A stretch of 64,000 bases of DNA from Phoronis australis (GCA_002633005.1 NMRA01000244.1:162926-226925); one strand, 5' to 3'. Counted from the stretch's first letter, positions 51,341-63,958 are shown. Numbers and translations are program-made. The notes: a model not told the origin generated them from the sequence alone.

Positions 51341-51461
51341 CTACACTGGTCTCAGATGTATGACATGGGTAAATCCTCTTGGAAATTTTCTTAAAATCCC
51401 TCGGCAAGCCTCGAGATTTCCAAGAGGTTTTGCCCATGTCATAAACCTGAGACTCGTGTAG
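51341..51461. repeat. About 120-bp imperfect palindrome
   Basis: CTACAC..GTCTCAG..TATGACATGGG..CCTCTTGGAAAT pairs with ATTTCCAAGAGG..CCCATGTCATA..CTGAGAC..GTGTAG. Confidence 0.8.
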
Positions 51462-51623
51462 GATTCTCTATGTATGCCAGGTAATAGCAAGCTTGTATCA
51501 GATGTCTACTTTTCAATATGTATTTAAGATTCCATTTTGCAGTTCAAGTGACATTTCTTTCCACAAATTCTTTGTATATCCCAAACCATCCATACTTTCC
51601 ATCCATACTGTGTTGCATTTTAA

Positions 51624-51792
51624 AGTCTGGTCTACAGTCTACCTTTTAACCACATCACAAGTCTGAAAAGATTTCTGCCCCAACCGGGACTCGAACCCGG
51701 GACCTTCTGCTAACTGTGCAGACTCTGTAGTCCACTGGCTTATGTTCATTAGGTCACATGATGTGGCCAACAAGTGGCATGCAGACCAGACT
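51624..51792 (-). mobile_element. TIR element (Kolobok-like TTAA/AG ends) containing a tRNA-derived segment
   Basis: About 45-bp imperfect TIRs AGTCTGGTCT.CA...CCACATCA enclosing A-box/B-box sequence. Confidence 0.6.
51676..51747 (-). pseudogene. tRNA-derived sequence (tRNA pseudogene or SINE head)
   Basis: Perfect T arm CCGGG-TTCGAGT-CCCGG and anticodon-like arm TCTGC-ACAGTTA-GCAGA, but the acceptor stem does not pair. Confidence 0.7.
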
Positions 51793-51882
51793 TAAAAGTG
51801 TTTGTGAACTATGTAGACTTACTGAAAAAGTTGATAATGTGAGCTATGTCTGTGCTGACGTCATGCGTGTTTGTTTGTTTAG

Positions 51883-52085
51883 TCAAAAGTTACCTGACTC
51901 ACCAGATCCCCGGAGTTGTGGAGATGAGGATTAACCTACTGTTTGCCAGTGGATGTTACGGCATGACCTTGAACTTGTGTGATCAATGCCTACGTCATAG
52001 GAAGTATAAAGACAGTGACTACATACGACTGGTCCAGGTCATCTGTCTACATGAGAATAAACAATTAGATCGACTGTATGAGGAG
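51883..52085 (+). CDS. ZNF292-like exon (KSYLTHQIPGVVEMRINLL...CLHENKQLDRLYEE)
   Basis: tttag acceptor, GTAAGT donor, phase 1-0, 203 nt, MRI motif. Confidence 0.9.
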
Positions 52086-52696
52086 GTAAGTACATGAATC
52101 GCATGGTGTTTGAAGTGCCTTATTGGTTGTACTTAAGTAATATAGTGTGTTAACTTCAACAACAGTGTTGCTCGTGGGACTTGAAGGTGTGGGTTGAATT
52201 CTTGTTTTAAGAAGTTAATGTTCCCAGGACTATTGTTGGACTAATTCTATTTGAAAGCACTCCGTCCGCGAGATTTGCCCCCAATCTATGGCAAGAGCCA
52301 GGAGACCATTTGTTTCTTGTCTTTTGAATCATACATAACCTTACACATGTATAGTCCTAAGAATTGAAGAATTATGTTGATGGTTGGCAGTGATGACTCA
52401 CATTTAGTAACATTGCGTTCGCATCATGCACCCTTGTTGTTTTGATTTATAGATGGAACTTTGGTCGAGCATTATGTCAGTGATTGTCCTGTTCTGTGTA
52501 TGATAGATAATTGAAATCTTAACACCCCCAGTTTGTTCAGAGATGGTTTCTCTATACATCGGTCTTTTTTACACTCCCCTTCAAAGCCAGCCCGTCTCAC
52601 AATCTTGAATAACTAAAAAGAGTATCATTTGTTTTGTACAAATATCATGTATTCGGAGTGTTTTGAAAACTATTGCATACTTTTTCTCTCCTCCAG

Positions 52697-52846
52697 TGCT
52701 GGAAAGTGCACTGTGACCAAGCAGTACGTTTGATCCAGACCATGATCCAACAGAGGCGGCCAGGCTACCGAGCGCTCTGTACCCGCCTCTCTCTCATCTT
52801 TCTCATGCAGGACTGGCTAAAACCTAACAAGTACTGCTGTACCAAG
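52697..52846 (+). CDS. ZNF292-like exon (CWKVHCDQAVRLIQTM...QDWLKPNKYCCTK)
   Basis: ctccag acceptor, GTATGT donor, phase 0-0, 150 nt. Confidence 0.9.
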
Positions 52847-53651
52847 GTATGTATGGCGGATACCCAGGCACTGTCTGATGGCCTGTTGTCATGGGTGATG
52901 AGACGGATCATACTATAAGTAAATATTGTGAGATGAATAGGAGTTCATTAAATGTAGTAAACAAGTCACACTGTCAGGTCATTCTGTGAATTAAAAAGGA
53001 ATTTCATTGAAAGTTTTCATGTTATCGCTTCAAAGATACTTAAACTGTGTTGGGTGTTGCTTTAATAATGTGATTATTACCTTGGGACATGCCATTTCAC
53101 ACAATGGCGAGTGTCGAATGTTTTGATTTAAATTAGCGACATGTCACAAAAATGCAGTTGTGAATTAGGCAAGTTAACACCGTCGTCTTGTTTTCCATGG
53201 TTAAGCTGTGGTCATAATGGATGTCGGGGGTGTTGTTGTTGTCTTGATAAACAGATCTAATCTTTCTTTTGCTATCTTTGAATGTGGCTAGTGTTGGCCC
53301 ACCAACTAAAAGAAATGCTGATGATTTTTTCCAGACTGTTTCGATATTAATACTACATTACTTATGCAATAGCTATGGTTTTTCCTAAAACGGCCAGGCA
53401 CAATGGCAGCTTTGTTAGCACTGTCCTTCTGTCACTGACGTCTGGAAAGCAAAGTGACAAGTCCATGTTTGGGTTCATGCAATGGCAAGTCCATGTTTGG
53501 TTTCATGAGAACGTTTCAGTTGTTTCTTAACATTTTCTAAACAATGCACTGATTTGCTATATTTGCATCGTATACTTACATTTCCCACTCGATCAATATG
53601 TGACTGCTAGCGACACCTGTGTTCATGTCTTTTCCTTCATTCCCATTGTAG

Positions 53652-53798
53652 ACTCTTCTCATGTTATGGCTGCGCCTACAGCTGGATGAGGACTCCGCTA
53701 AGTGTGGCGATGTGTTTGTACACAACGTGAGAACTGTGGCCGAGCAGGCGCGTAATGGAACACAGATAGTCTGGCTGATTGATGCCTTATGTAAACTG
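53652..53798 (+). CDS. ZNF292-like exon (TLLMLWLRLQLDEDSAKCGDVFVHNVRTVAEQARNGTQIVWLIDALCKL)
   Basis: tgtag acceptor, GTGAGT donor, phase 0-0, 147 nt. Confidence 0.9.
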
Positions 53799-54192
53799 GT
53801 GAGTTATTGGTCAGGGAGTGCACATAGTTGAACTTTAGTTGCTATAATTTAAGACTTGATTTTCATATGACTAACAGCAATGTCTTTTAGTTATCATATA
53901 GTGGCATTGAAGATGCTACGCTTGATCTACACAATGTTTTAAGAGTTGTAGATTGTGACAGAGGTTTCTGTAATTGACCACCAGGTGGGAGTGTTCTGCA
54001 ACATCTGATGGTACACATTGTATTGTATTAGACTAGCTGACAACTTAGAACATGTGTGACAACTTGTTGAGGTTGTGCCTGTGCCTTGTACACATTGTGT
54101 AAGTCAGGCTTTAGTCTTCTCAAGGTTTAGGTAATTGACTTTGTTTACCTGTATAAAGCCACCAGAAGAAAAGTTCCCAGTGTTTGTAATAA

Positions 54193-54900
54193 TTTTATTT
54201 ATTTGTTTGTTTAAAGTTCTTTAAAAAGACTTGGTGGACACTACAGTGAACACACTGATTTTCAATTGGGCCCAATCAGAAATAATTACATAAAATAAAA
54301 TAAGATACTGAGAGCTATACACAAATAAATTAATGAAATAAATAGATTAATTAGTTATATAGTAGTTACTATGTATAGTTATATGAATAAACTAGACAAC
54401 ATAGAGTAAAATAATGAGCTGATGCCTACTAGCCGGATCCGTGCACAAAGTCTCAGTGTTTCTGTTTGAAGACATGGGCATTGGGCACGTTCGTGACATT
54501 AGTGCCCTGTCCGTTGTAAGCGACAGCACCTCTGTAGGCAAAAGTTCTTTTGCCGCAGTTGTTTTTAGGTTTGTTTGGCACCAAAGCCGTGGCGTACTGG
54601 AAACGTTTCACATTCCATCATCCTTGACTTGGGTTTCACTTACAGCCACAGCACAAGCATTGGCATTGCAATTTTTGACGAGTAGTCCTGCGTAGGACAA
54701 CTTCTGTTGTGCTCCCCTGGTGTGCAGCAATGTTCACAACTGAAAAACGACCACTTTTGTAGTTACGGCTCAACAGGCTGAGGGCACAACTGTCATTTTT
54801 ATTGCATGACAAACATGAACATCTGCTGCAAAGTTTGTTTGGTGGTAATTTGGGGGATGCTTTACCTACAAGTTGTCTTTTGCTGTTGATCGTCTGACAA
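54193..54900 (-). mobile_element. 5'-truncated LINE (L2/CR1 group) 3' fragment
   Basis: LVPNKPKNNCGKRTFAYRGAVAYN...FKQK resembles the ORF2 C-terminus; followed by a 3' UTR and an AAAC/AAAT tail; the 5' boundary is approximate. Confidence 0.7.
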
Positions 54901-57900
54901 GTACCCACGTAAACAAGGTTACCAACATGTGTTATTAGTAGCCAGAATTGTTCTTGTTCTCCGCACTGTATACTGCGTGCTTATTCTCGCTACAGCGAGC
55001 AATCTGATTGGCTGAGCTAAGGTTTGCTTGTGACATCACCGGTGTCAAGCTGTAAAGCCAGTTGGTATTCCTCCTTTAAATGTCCGTCTGTGCGGCTCAC
55101 AATTTGTCAGCCTGAAGACCAGCGTTTTACCTCATTCAGGTGAGTAATGTTGGTTCATTACCTGTTAATCACCGCAAACGTTATCTCAAGGAAACAACTG
55201 GCTTTAAAGCTTCCCCGTGGAGTCAGTGAGAGATTACACGAATATTTGGATGGGGTTGCTGCAGCACAAAAAATGGTAAAAATAGAATACAGAACAAACT
55301 TAACGACACGCTCTCCTCTCACTAAGAAGCTTTGATGCCACTGGTTTTCTGCTCCTTGGCTCACTAGTATTTAAGTACTTGATGTAGACTTTTTGTGCAG
55401 TGAGTTGGTCATCTTTACTTGACTAGTGGAATTAACTTAATATATCCATATTAACCCTCTCTTGCTATTGCTTTCGCTTCAGCTGCTCTGTGTGTCTTAG
55501 ATAACAAACATGTAATGCTTAGTGTTCACTTAGAAATAAGTTGCTGTAGTCTGAAGTCACCCCATGTTTTAAATTTTTATCTCCTTGCAGGTCTCTTATT
55601 GCCAAATGAACACGAAACTCAGGGAGAATTTATCAAGGATTTGTTTGGAACTGAATAAGCGAGTCTATCTACCGAGGTAGTGTTGGCTGGGGACTGGTTG
55701 GGTGATGTCATAGTCACTGTACGACGCTGGTCATACAGAAAAGCAGCAAGCACCGTATTGAACATGGCGACACCTGGTGTCCCATTGAACGCTGTCGCAC
55801 AATTTAGGCTGATGGAGACATCTGTTGATTAGGCATTGATAACGAGTGAAAGAGTTTGAAGGAGCGGTTTGCCGAGAGAACATGACCAAAGTTATCTGAT
55901 ATGCAACTTTTGTTAGTTCATTATAGCAATACTGAGTTGCCTTACTGCTGAGTGGTCCCTTTAATTAGTGCTAAACAAGCATAATGGTTGACTGCTTCGC
56001 AGTTCCTTTTCAAAACTCCTCAAAATCTGTTCATTTCTCAGTGTTCAGCTGCAGCACTGGACTATTTTGATGTGGGTCACATTCTCAGCAATTGATTTTC
56101 ATTTTCTCTGTCATTCTCATTAGACCACAAACAGAAAATAGTTGCTGAGAAGTTATTGTGCCAAGTTTCGGACTCGATGAGTCTTAGAACTGCAGGTATT
56201 CATCAGAGTTAAGAGCATCTGGGCATTCTGCTGAATGCAGTTTTGTATCCATTGTTGTTATTTTAGCTTGTAATCCTTTCTGACTATATATTGCTCTTGT
56301 TGATAATTTTTATTGTATTTTTAACTCCTTTTGGGCCTGCAGGGGGAACTTATCAACATAGTGGCTTGGAATTTTGCGTATGATTGTAAATCAGGAGCCC
56401 TTTTGAAATTGACATGCAAGATTAGTCAAAGTAGTTCTTTGTGAATCCTGCTCTATGCTTTCAACTATCCCAGTTGGCATATGTAGCTTAACAAAGGTTT
56501 TATGGTCATGGCTGAGAAGATAATTGTTTTATTACCCCCTATGAGTTTTGAAGAACTGGGCCTGGAATAGAAATTAATGTAACTTCCACAAATTCTATCA
56601 AGATGCAAAAGTATTTTTGATGGATTATCTTTTTAATGTCTTTAAGACTTAAACCGTTTTATTAAATTTTTCATTTTTGACGACTTAGGTGGCGGTCGAA
56701 GAGTTTATTAAAAGATAATCGCAGCCATGAGCATTTGTAAACGTTGTGATCTCGGTAAAAATTAAACTTTGCTATGATCACGTTTTAAACTGTAAAGGTC
56801 CAGGCACTGTTTTTGTGTGCGCAATATTTTTTCTTTGTTCATCTAGGATTTTGAAATTTTGATTCATGGGTTAAAATGTAGTGTTTTAGAACTATTTATA
56901 GAAATGCAATGAAGGTAACAAGTACCTTGAGAATCCTGTTGAAGGCCTAATATACTATATGATAGTGTGATGTACCATGAGTTGTGTGATTGACAATCGT
57001 CATCGGTTATATTATTAATGCATTATTTTATCAGAGAATTCTGGGACTGGCTTTATTTTGGTCCTGTGGCTGTTGGTTGCTACCTTATTTTGTGTACTTG
57101 GTTACATTCCTATTTAACGTCAGGAAGTTGAATATAGAACCTGTTGTGTACAAAGTGGTATTTAGATGTTAGTGGGTCAACAAGGAAATAGTTGAAGCTC
57201 TCGGCTTACTGCAGTCCACGCTTCTTTTCCTTGTGAATACTTTTGCCTTATTTAGTCATTGGTTGCATATTTCATAGATCCCATTTCTTCTTAGCTGTAC
57301 AGTAAAACTTGCATAGTTCAGGCACCCATAAGTTTGTCGTTTACCTAACCCTGACCATGTTACACTATACAGTTATAGTTCTTACTCTCGTCCCTTTGGA
57401 TAACTAAACAAATCCCTGTGAACAGTTGGTCCTGACTTGTGCCAGTTTTACTGTATTTTAGTTACATGTTCACTTTCCATCAATACCTCAAAGGTCCATT
57501 AACTGTGTCATTATTTATGCCAGTTTGCTTACCAACTGGGCTCCATTTCGAAAAGATCGAAGTATTCTGTGTCAGCTGTGTGGAATTGCTTCTAGATGTT
57601 GTTAAGACATAGAGACTAGTTGCTATTGAATGAGCCCCGCTTGCCATAAGACACGAAGACTAGTTGCTATTGATTGAGCCCCGCTTGGCAAAATTTTAAG
57701 GGAAAGGCAACCATTTTTATGTTGCCATTCCCGAAAATTAATATCGATGGTTATCTTATATTTTCATTGTCGATTATTGTTTCCCTGACCTTCTAGAACG
57801 TAGCGTGCAACATTAAAAAAGTGATATAAAATTAAATAACCCGTACAGCAAACACAATAACTGACATTGAACACAGTTCCCGTTCTCCATTATGTTTGTT

Positions 57901-60128
57901 CAACAGAAGTGAATGTAGATGGGAAATGCAGAGTCTTGCTGAGCTGTTAATATCACTTTAGTGTTGAATGCACATTTGTAGAAGGGCGTGGTAGTAGTAA
58001 CTAATGCTAAAAATACTTTAAAGATAACCAGGCATTTTTGTGGCAAGTTAAATTTACTTCAAAAACGGTTGTTTTCCCCAACGTTCATCTTTTCATTATT
58101 GTGTGCACTCGAATGATTATGTCATATTTTGTATGTGGTTGAAAAAATTTGCTACCGTAGACCAGCTTGTATAAATTTTTACATTTATCTTTTGTCTGAT
58201 AATGTTATGTACTGGATGAGAGACGTGATCATTCAACTTGAAAAATTATTTGATGCTAAAAGCATTAGCTTTCTGCAAACTTTTGTAACTTATGTAAAAT
58301 CTTTCCTGACCTTTCGGAAACTATTGGTTTCAGATGACAAGGTTTTTGCCTTCAATGTCTCTGGAAATCATGTGCTAATAAGGAAGTGCAGTATTATTAG
58401 AAGTGTTTGCAATATTTCTCATATTGAGTTGTTGGAAATGGCAATAGGCCCACCTGATGTCATAAAAAAGCAACTGATGACTTAGACCTTTACTGTCGTG
58501 AAATTGTTATCAAATTGCTGTGTAGTCATAGAAATGGTGAAATCGAAATCTTAATGGCGTGTGGGTTTATAGCCACTCAGAAAAATTGTTACGAAAAGCA
58601 GAGGAAGGGCAGCCAGCATCAGACAGTAACTTGACTGGTCTTGTGTAGGACCATGATCAGGTTATGCTAGGTCTTTTGGAAAACACAATGTAAATCCAAA
58701 GATGATTGGCAATAAATTGGAAAATAGCTTGCCAAAATTGCTTCGAAGTTTCACGTGTTCAACTAGACATAACTTTTTCGGGTGTTTTCGGGGGGGCTAC
58801 TGCCTCTGTTCATTAAAGTATTTGAAACTTGTCATTGTTATTTTGACAAATTAACTTAATTTACTTGTTCAAACTAGTCCTCTGCTTTTCTACGCCCTTG
58901 TGACAGTGGAGGGAAAATCCAAGAATCATTGAGAAGTGACGTTACACGTGTGATGTTTGCTGAATGGTATTCATTCATGTATATATTGTATATACTGTGT
59001 AGACTTTGCTACTGTTGGTCCTGACAACACTGAAAGTGGTCACGTGGCCTCAGCCACGAGACTCTCCATTTTGTCATTTATCCATGTCGTGTCATAATAA
59101 ATTATTTTACTATTAGTTTGTATATTATCTGCAGCAAACTTGTTGACTAGACTGGATATCTGGCTCACGTCTCAGCAAGTCTTGATCTTTGTTCTCTCTA
59201 GAGCTGTCCGAAATGGCTTGATTGAAATTGATGATATGGGGAAGAAAAAGGTTTAAAACGAATAGTGGAACTGTTGACTCACATTTGGCGACATTGCACC
59301 CTCGTCCTGGGGGCTTCAGCTTGGCCAATGATGCTATGTTAGGCATGACCAGTAGGTGGCATGTTAGGTGAAGCGGCAAAACAGTGAAGGTTTTATCAGA
59401 TACATGGGACAATTGAAACCTGAGACCGCTGTGTCTATTCAATAACTGCTGTAGAGATTCTTTTACACCTCTCCTAAACTTGTCCTGACATTCCAAGATG
59501 ACTTCATCAATCGCATCAAACTCATGTCCTGTACTAGACGTACACAGGTGACTAAAAAGAGTAGAAACTCATGAATCCACGTAAATGTCAGTTAACAGTT
59601 CCAGTGTTTGTTTTAGGAGTTTTTCTTCTATCTCTCAAACTGGATGTCTTAAAATTCTCATGCTTCTAATAATGAGATAACACTAACGAGTTGCTTAAAA
59701 CTTGGAGAATTTTCCTTCTCTCCAAATAACTTGGTTGCTGAATACTGAATGATCGTCATTTAGAACCACAGGGAAATGTGCATCTTTCTTTTGGCTGACC
59801 TTGAACTTCATAAAGATCACATGCTTGTACTTCTGTAATTTAAAATGATTTGAAGGGTCGTCTCGGTAAGTAAAGAATGACCGGTACCAAATTCACTGTT
59901 TCTCATTTTGGGTTACCTCTTTTTTATAGTAAAACTAACGTTACGTTGTTGAGGAACGCAGAAGCTTTCAAATGGTTGTCACTAAAGAGCGGCATCTTTT
60001 GAAATTTGATTTCAAAGTAGCAGCACCTGCTTCAAGTGACCAGTTCCAAATTGTCTGGTTAAGTGAACTCTCTCTACCGTCCTGTGCAAAAACAGTCACT
60101 ATGATGTTATTGAAATTGTTTGTTTCAG

Positions 60129-63100
60129 TTTGGCGAATACAGTGACATGTTGTCGAGGACGTGTGCTCTCACATCATTCAATATTAGTCCCAGTGTCAAC
60201 CGGTACTTTAAGCTACAAGAGCTGTATGGTTCAGGTGATGGATATGAATCTACATCTAGTGACGATACCATCATACTGTGTGCCAGTGACTATATAACGT
60301 CGTGTCCACGTACATCAGGGGAGATCACTACGAAACCAATTGGTATGCGTGGTAAGGTTAAGAAGTATCGTAGCGCCGCAGCTGTTGCTATGGAGGCCAG
60401 GTCATTAGGTGAGAGAGAGGGTGGCCTCGCCGGTGGTGGTGATGGTGATGGCGCGGTTGATGGTGATGGCGCGGTTGATGGTGGATCTAATGGCGTTGTG
60501 GGTGGTGAGTCTGATGACGCCGCATCTGATGGCTACGTTCTACACAATAGTTTCAGTTGTATGTCATTCAATGATGAAGCTGGCGACAACTCGGCCATGA
60601 ACGATGGTGTCAAGCATACGTGCTCCATGCGTAATTTACATTCCGTGACTTTGGGGGAGAGCGCCCAGAGATATTTTGGTACTTCGGCTGAATCTTCTTC
60701 ACTGGTGCAAAGAAGTGAGGCAATAGAGGATGAACAGACGAAAGGGGACCTTCTGAAATCCGACGATGCCCCTGGTTTATTTGATTTTTACTCACAAGTT
60801 TTGAAAAATACCAGCACCACAGAGGGCGACACCGGTCGTGGTGAACCTCCCAGGATTGATGCAATGCTTGATGAGTGCAAGATGGGTGACACGTCAACTC
60901 ACACCTCTAAGTTTGATATTGCACTTGTTGAGGGGCTGGTTGTTGGTGACAATGGTGGTGAATGTGCAGTAAGTTTAAGTGAACTGAACTCCAACAACAA
61001 CAGCAGTGTTAGAGTGGTGGCCACACCGGACATGCCTATGTTGTCACCACGCAGCATGCAAAGTGGGTCAAAAGACAGTAGTCCGTCCTCAGGGTCTAGT
61101 ATTACGCCACTGTTGAGCCCTAAAGCAGTGCTTGCATCCTGCCTGCCTAGTCCCAGTATTAGTTTGGCTTTATCAGAGGTGAATAAAGGAAGTGATGTCA
61201 AGTGTGCAAAAGTTGGCTCCGCCTCTACTGGCATTCACCAACAGAGTCCCTCTAGTGGAACATGCGTGAAACAGTCAGCCATGGCCAAGTTATCCACTAA
61301 GACTGCTACTGGCAACAGTTCATGTATAGAAGACTTGGCTGTAGACAAGCAGGTTAGAGAAGTTAACGTAGAACATTCGGTCACAAACCAGCAACCTTCT
61401 GAAATTGCCGATTCTGTAGAACTGTCTGTCGCTAACCAGGAACCTAAAGATATAGATGGTGCTGGTGATATGAGTGTGGAACACTTGGCCTCAAAGCTAC
61501 TTAAAGCTCAACAAAATGTTTCTAGTGAAGTGTCTATGGAGTGTTCACCTACAAGTCGCCGTTCTCCAGAACCTAACTCAGACACGTTATGTACAGAACT
61601 GAGTGTCACAAACCACAACTATGATGCAAGTGAGACTTGTAAGGAGGTGATCCACAGTCCTCCGCAAGACCACAAGGGGGAGATGTGCATCTCAAATGAC
61701 TCGCTAGAGGTCACTGACACATCACAGCACTTGCTTTCTGACTCTGGCCATAGCAGTGTCTCTGACCATCTACTATTCTCACCATCTGACCTGGACTCAT
61801 CCGTGTTCAAAACTGACCTCGAAAGAACCAAAGCTGTTGAATACCTGAACAATATTCTGCAATCATTTCCTGACCTGGAGCTACATACTTTCTTGGCCAT
61901 GAAGTCGTACAAAGACTGGATGAAGTATCACACTGAATCTAGGAAGGTGCCAGCAGATAGTTCTCTTTGTGGTAGCAGTGATACAGATTGTCCTGCTAAA
62001 GACATTTGTGCATCAAGTGCCGCTCCAATGAGTAATTCATCTTTGTATGAATCGACTTCTAAGATAAGACACAATTCTGTCCAGGCAACAACACCACAAC
62101 AGGAAAAGATGGAAGATTCTGAAGCAGATACCCTTGATGAATGTTGTGACAAAGGTGCAAAATCAATAGTCCAGGCTATTTTAGATGATATTATAAGCAA
62201 ATGTGTTGCTTCAGCAGAGACCCAGGGTCTGGCTGAAGTCATCCATAGGCTTTTATCAACCGGTGCATTGACTAAGGCTCAACTGTCACAAACCATTGAC
62301 ACCTGCGCAGTGTCGCCCTCTGGTGGTTGGAGTGAACTTGCTACTGATGGAATTGTTAGTGGAGGAACTGGATTAGGTTCCAAGGAAGAGAGAATGGGTG
62401 AAAGTCCATCTTGTCAGCCCTCGTCTCCTCGCGATGTGGAGTTAAATGAGATTACGCAGGAGTCCTCCATGCTTGGGTCTGTTGGTGGTGAGCACCAGAC
62501 TGATTCTTCTGAACACCGTGAAGTAATTCCAACTACCTCCACCACTGCTTTTGGAGCAGTGACTGGCCAGGACTGTGTTGAGTTTACTAGTGGTGATATG
62601 GAGGATACAGATGTGGCTAAGAGTGCTAACGCTGATACTTCTAGTTTTGTGACAAGCTTAAACGCAGTTATAGAGGACCTTGTGAATCTCATCAGTAGGT
62701 GGAACGATAGTTCATTTGGTATTAACAGCAACTGGCCAGAGCTGCAGCAGCATTGTCTAGAGCATTTGAAGCTACATAAGATACTTTATGACCATGAAAA
62801 GCGCCTTCTGGTGGACATGAGAGGAGTTGGCCCATTAGTCAGAGTGGAGCAGTTAGTACTTCCAGAGTCAGAGCCGTCGTCTTACTCTGATAGTGAAGGT
62901 TATGACTCGGATGTCTTCTCTAGTGAAGGTGCGACACAGTCCTGTGAGGAAGAAGGAGGAGCAGACCCGAGAGGCACTGTGACTGAAGAGGGCAGCACTA
63001 CCACTGCTGCTTCGGCTGGTGAATTACTCAGCCGAGGCACAACTGATCAGACTAGTTCCTTAAAGATGAATGTGGAAAATAAGCTACAGGGTTCTCTCAC

Positions 63101-63791
63101 AGCTCTTGTGTTCCTTATGCGTTCTGATGGTGCACCGTCTAACCACGGATCCATGACCAGTAAGTGGTTGACAGGCGGTGAGCTAGCGCTACCTGTTAGA
63201 GAAGGAACGTTACAGTTTACTGTCAGGGGTGCATCTTTGGATCAGCTTAGCGCTGCCTTCCAGGCCATCGCTGATGATCTGAAGTCAAAGGCAGGAAGAG
63301 AGTCTGGGGAGAGAAAGCTGGCGTTCAATGTCGATGGTAAGAAACACCATGAAGGAGAAAAGATATCTAGACGAGCATCATCTGACCTGTCCAGCACTGA
63401 CAGTGAAGCTGACATGCCTGTCATAAAGAGTTACAAGCTGTCAGATCTGGCTAAAGTAAGGAAACGAGGTATGAGTGAACCCCCTGGTAGTTACAATAAT
63501 GACCGCATTAGAAGAAAGAGGCATCGCCGGCACAGGATGTCATCGCATGAAGGGAAAAGAGCAAAGGTAACCAGTGATACTGAAGAATGTAGTCGAACAG
63601 AAACCCTGAACACAACCAAAGAAATGTGTCAAGGTGTGGACAGTAGCCAGATAGTGTCAGCATTGTCCGACAGTTCGAGAGTGGATGGAGAACCAGGGAG
63701 GTCTGAAGGTGGGACTGAAATGACTGTGAAGGATGACAAGAGTGACGTGGCCAGGAGTTCTGCGAAGTTACCATGGAAACCTTCAGTTCAG
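60129..63791 (+). CDS. ZNF292-like giant exon, 1221 codons, mostly Ser/Asp/Glu-rich with conserved patches and a basic NLS-like stretch (RIRRKRHRRHR)
   Basis: 3.7-kb ORF bounded by a tgtttcag acceptor and CAG/GTGAGA donor, phase 0-0. Confidence 0.92.
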
Positions 63792-63958
63792 GTGAGACAT
63801 ATTTACAAGTGAGATTGTTTATCAACCATAGTTTGTTAGTTTCGTTGCACCTGTTGTACTTAATCCAGCTGTGTTTAATTGCCTAGGAAACTCCGCCGTG
63901 GTCGTCAGTGTGGGTCGATACAAAATATGTTTTGTACTTTGAGATTATGTATCCAGTT

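Larger units (their letters stand above)
44383..63791 (+). other. Gene span: ZNF292/RLF/ZNF654-family protein (N-terminal helical TPR-like domain), 3' end beyond window
   Basis: Spliced peptides AWSYPVLLQIL, EMRINLL, YCCTKTLLMLW, SRTCALTSFNISPSVNRY and WPELQQHCL align in order with recalled ZNF292 segments VWKNPVLCTIL, DMRIKHL, YCAWELTLFW, KRACQLSEFLIEPTVDAY and WKTLKRQCL. No zinc fingers are seen within the window. Confidence 0.75.

Noticed and set aside
51676-51747. Functional tRNA gene
   Set aside because: The acceptor stem does not pair and the anticodon loop lacks U33.
56165-56190. Hammerhead-like stem plus GAAAC on the minus strand
   Set aside because: No CUGANGA core.
60409-63825. 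Short ORFs overlapping the giant exon in other frames or on the minus strand
   Set aside because: Shadow ORFs of a long Ser-rich coding sequence.
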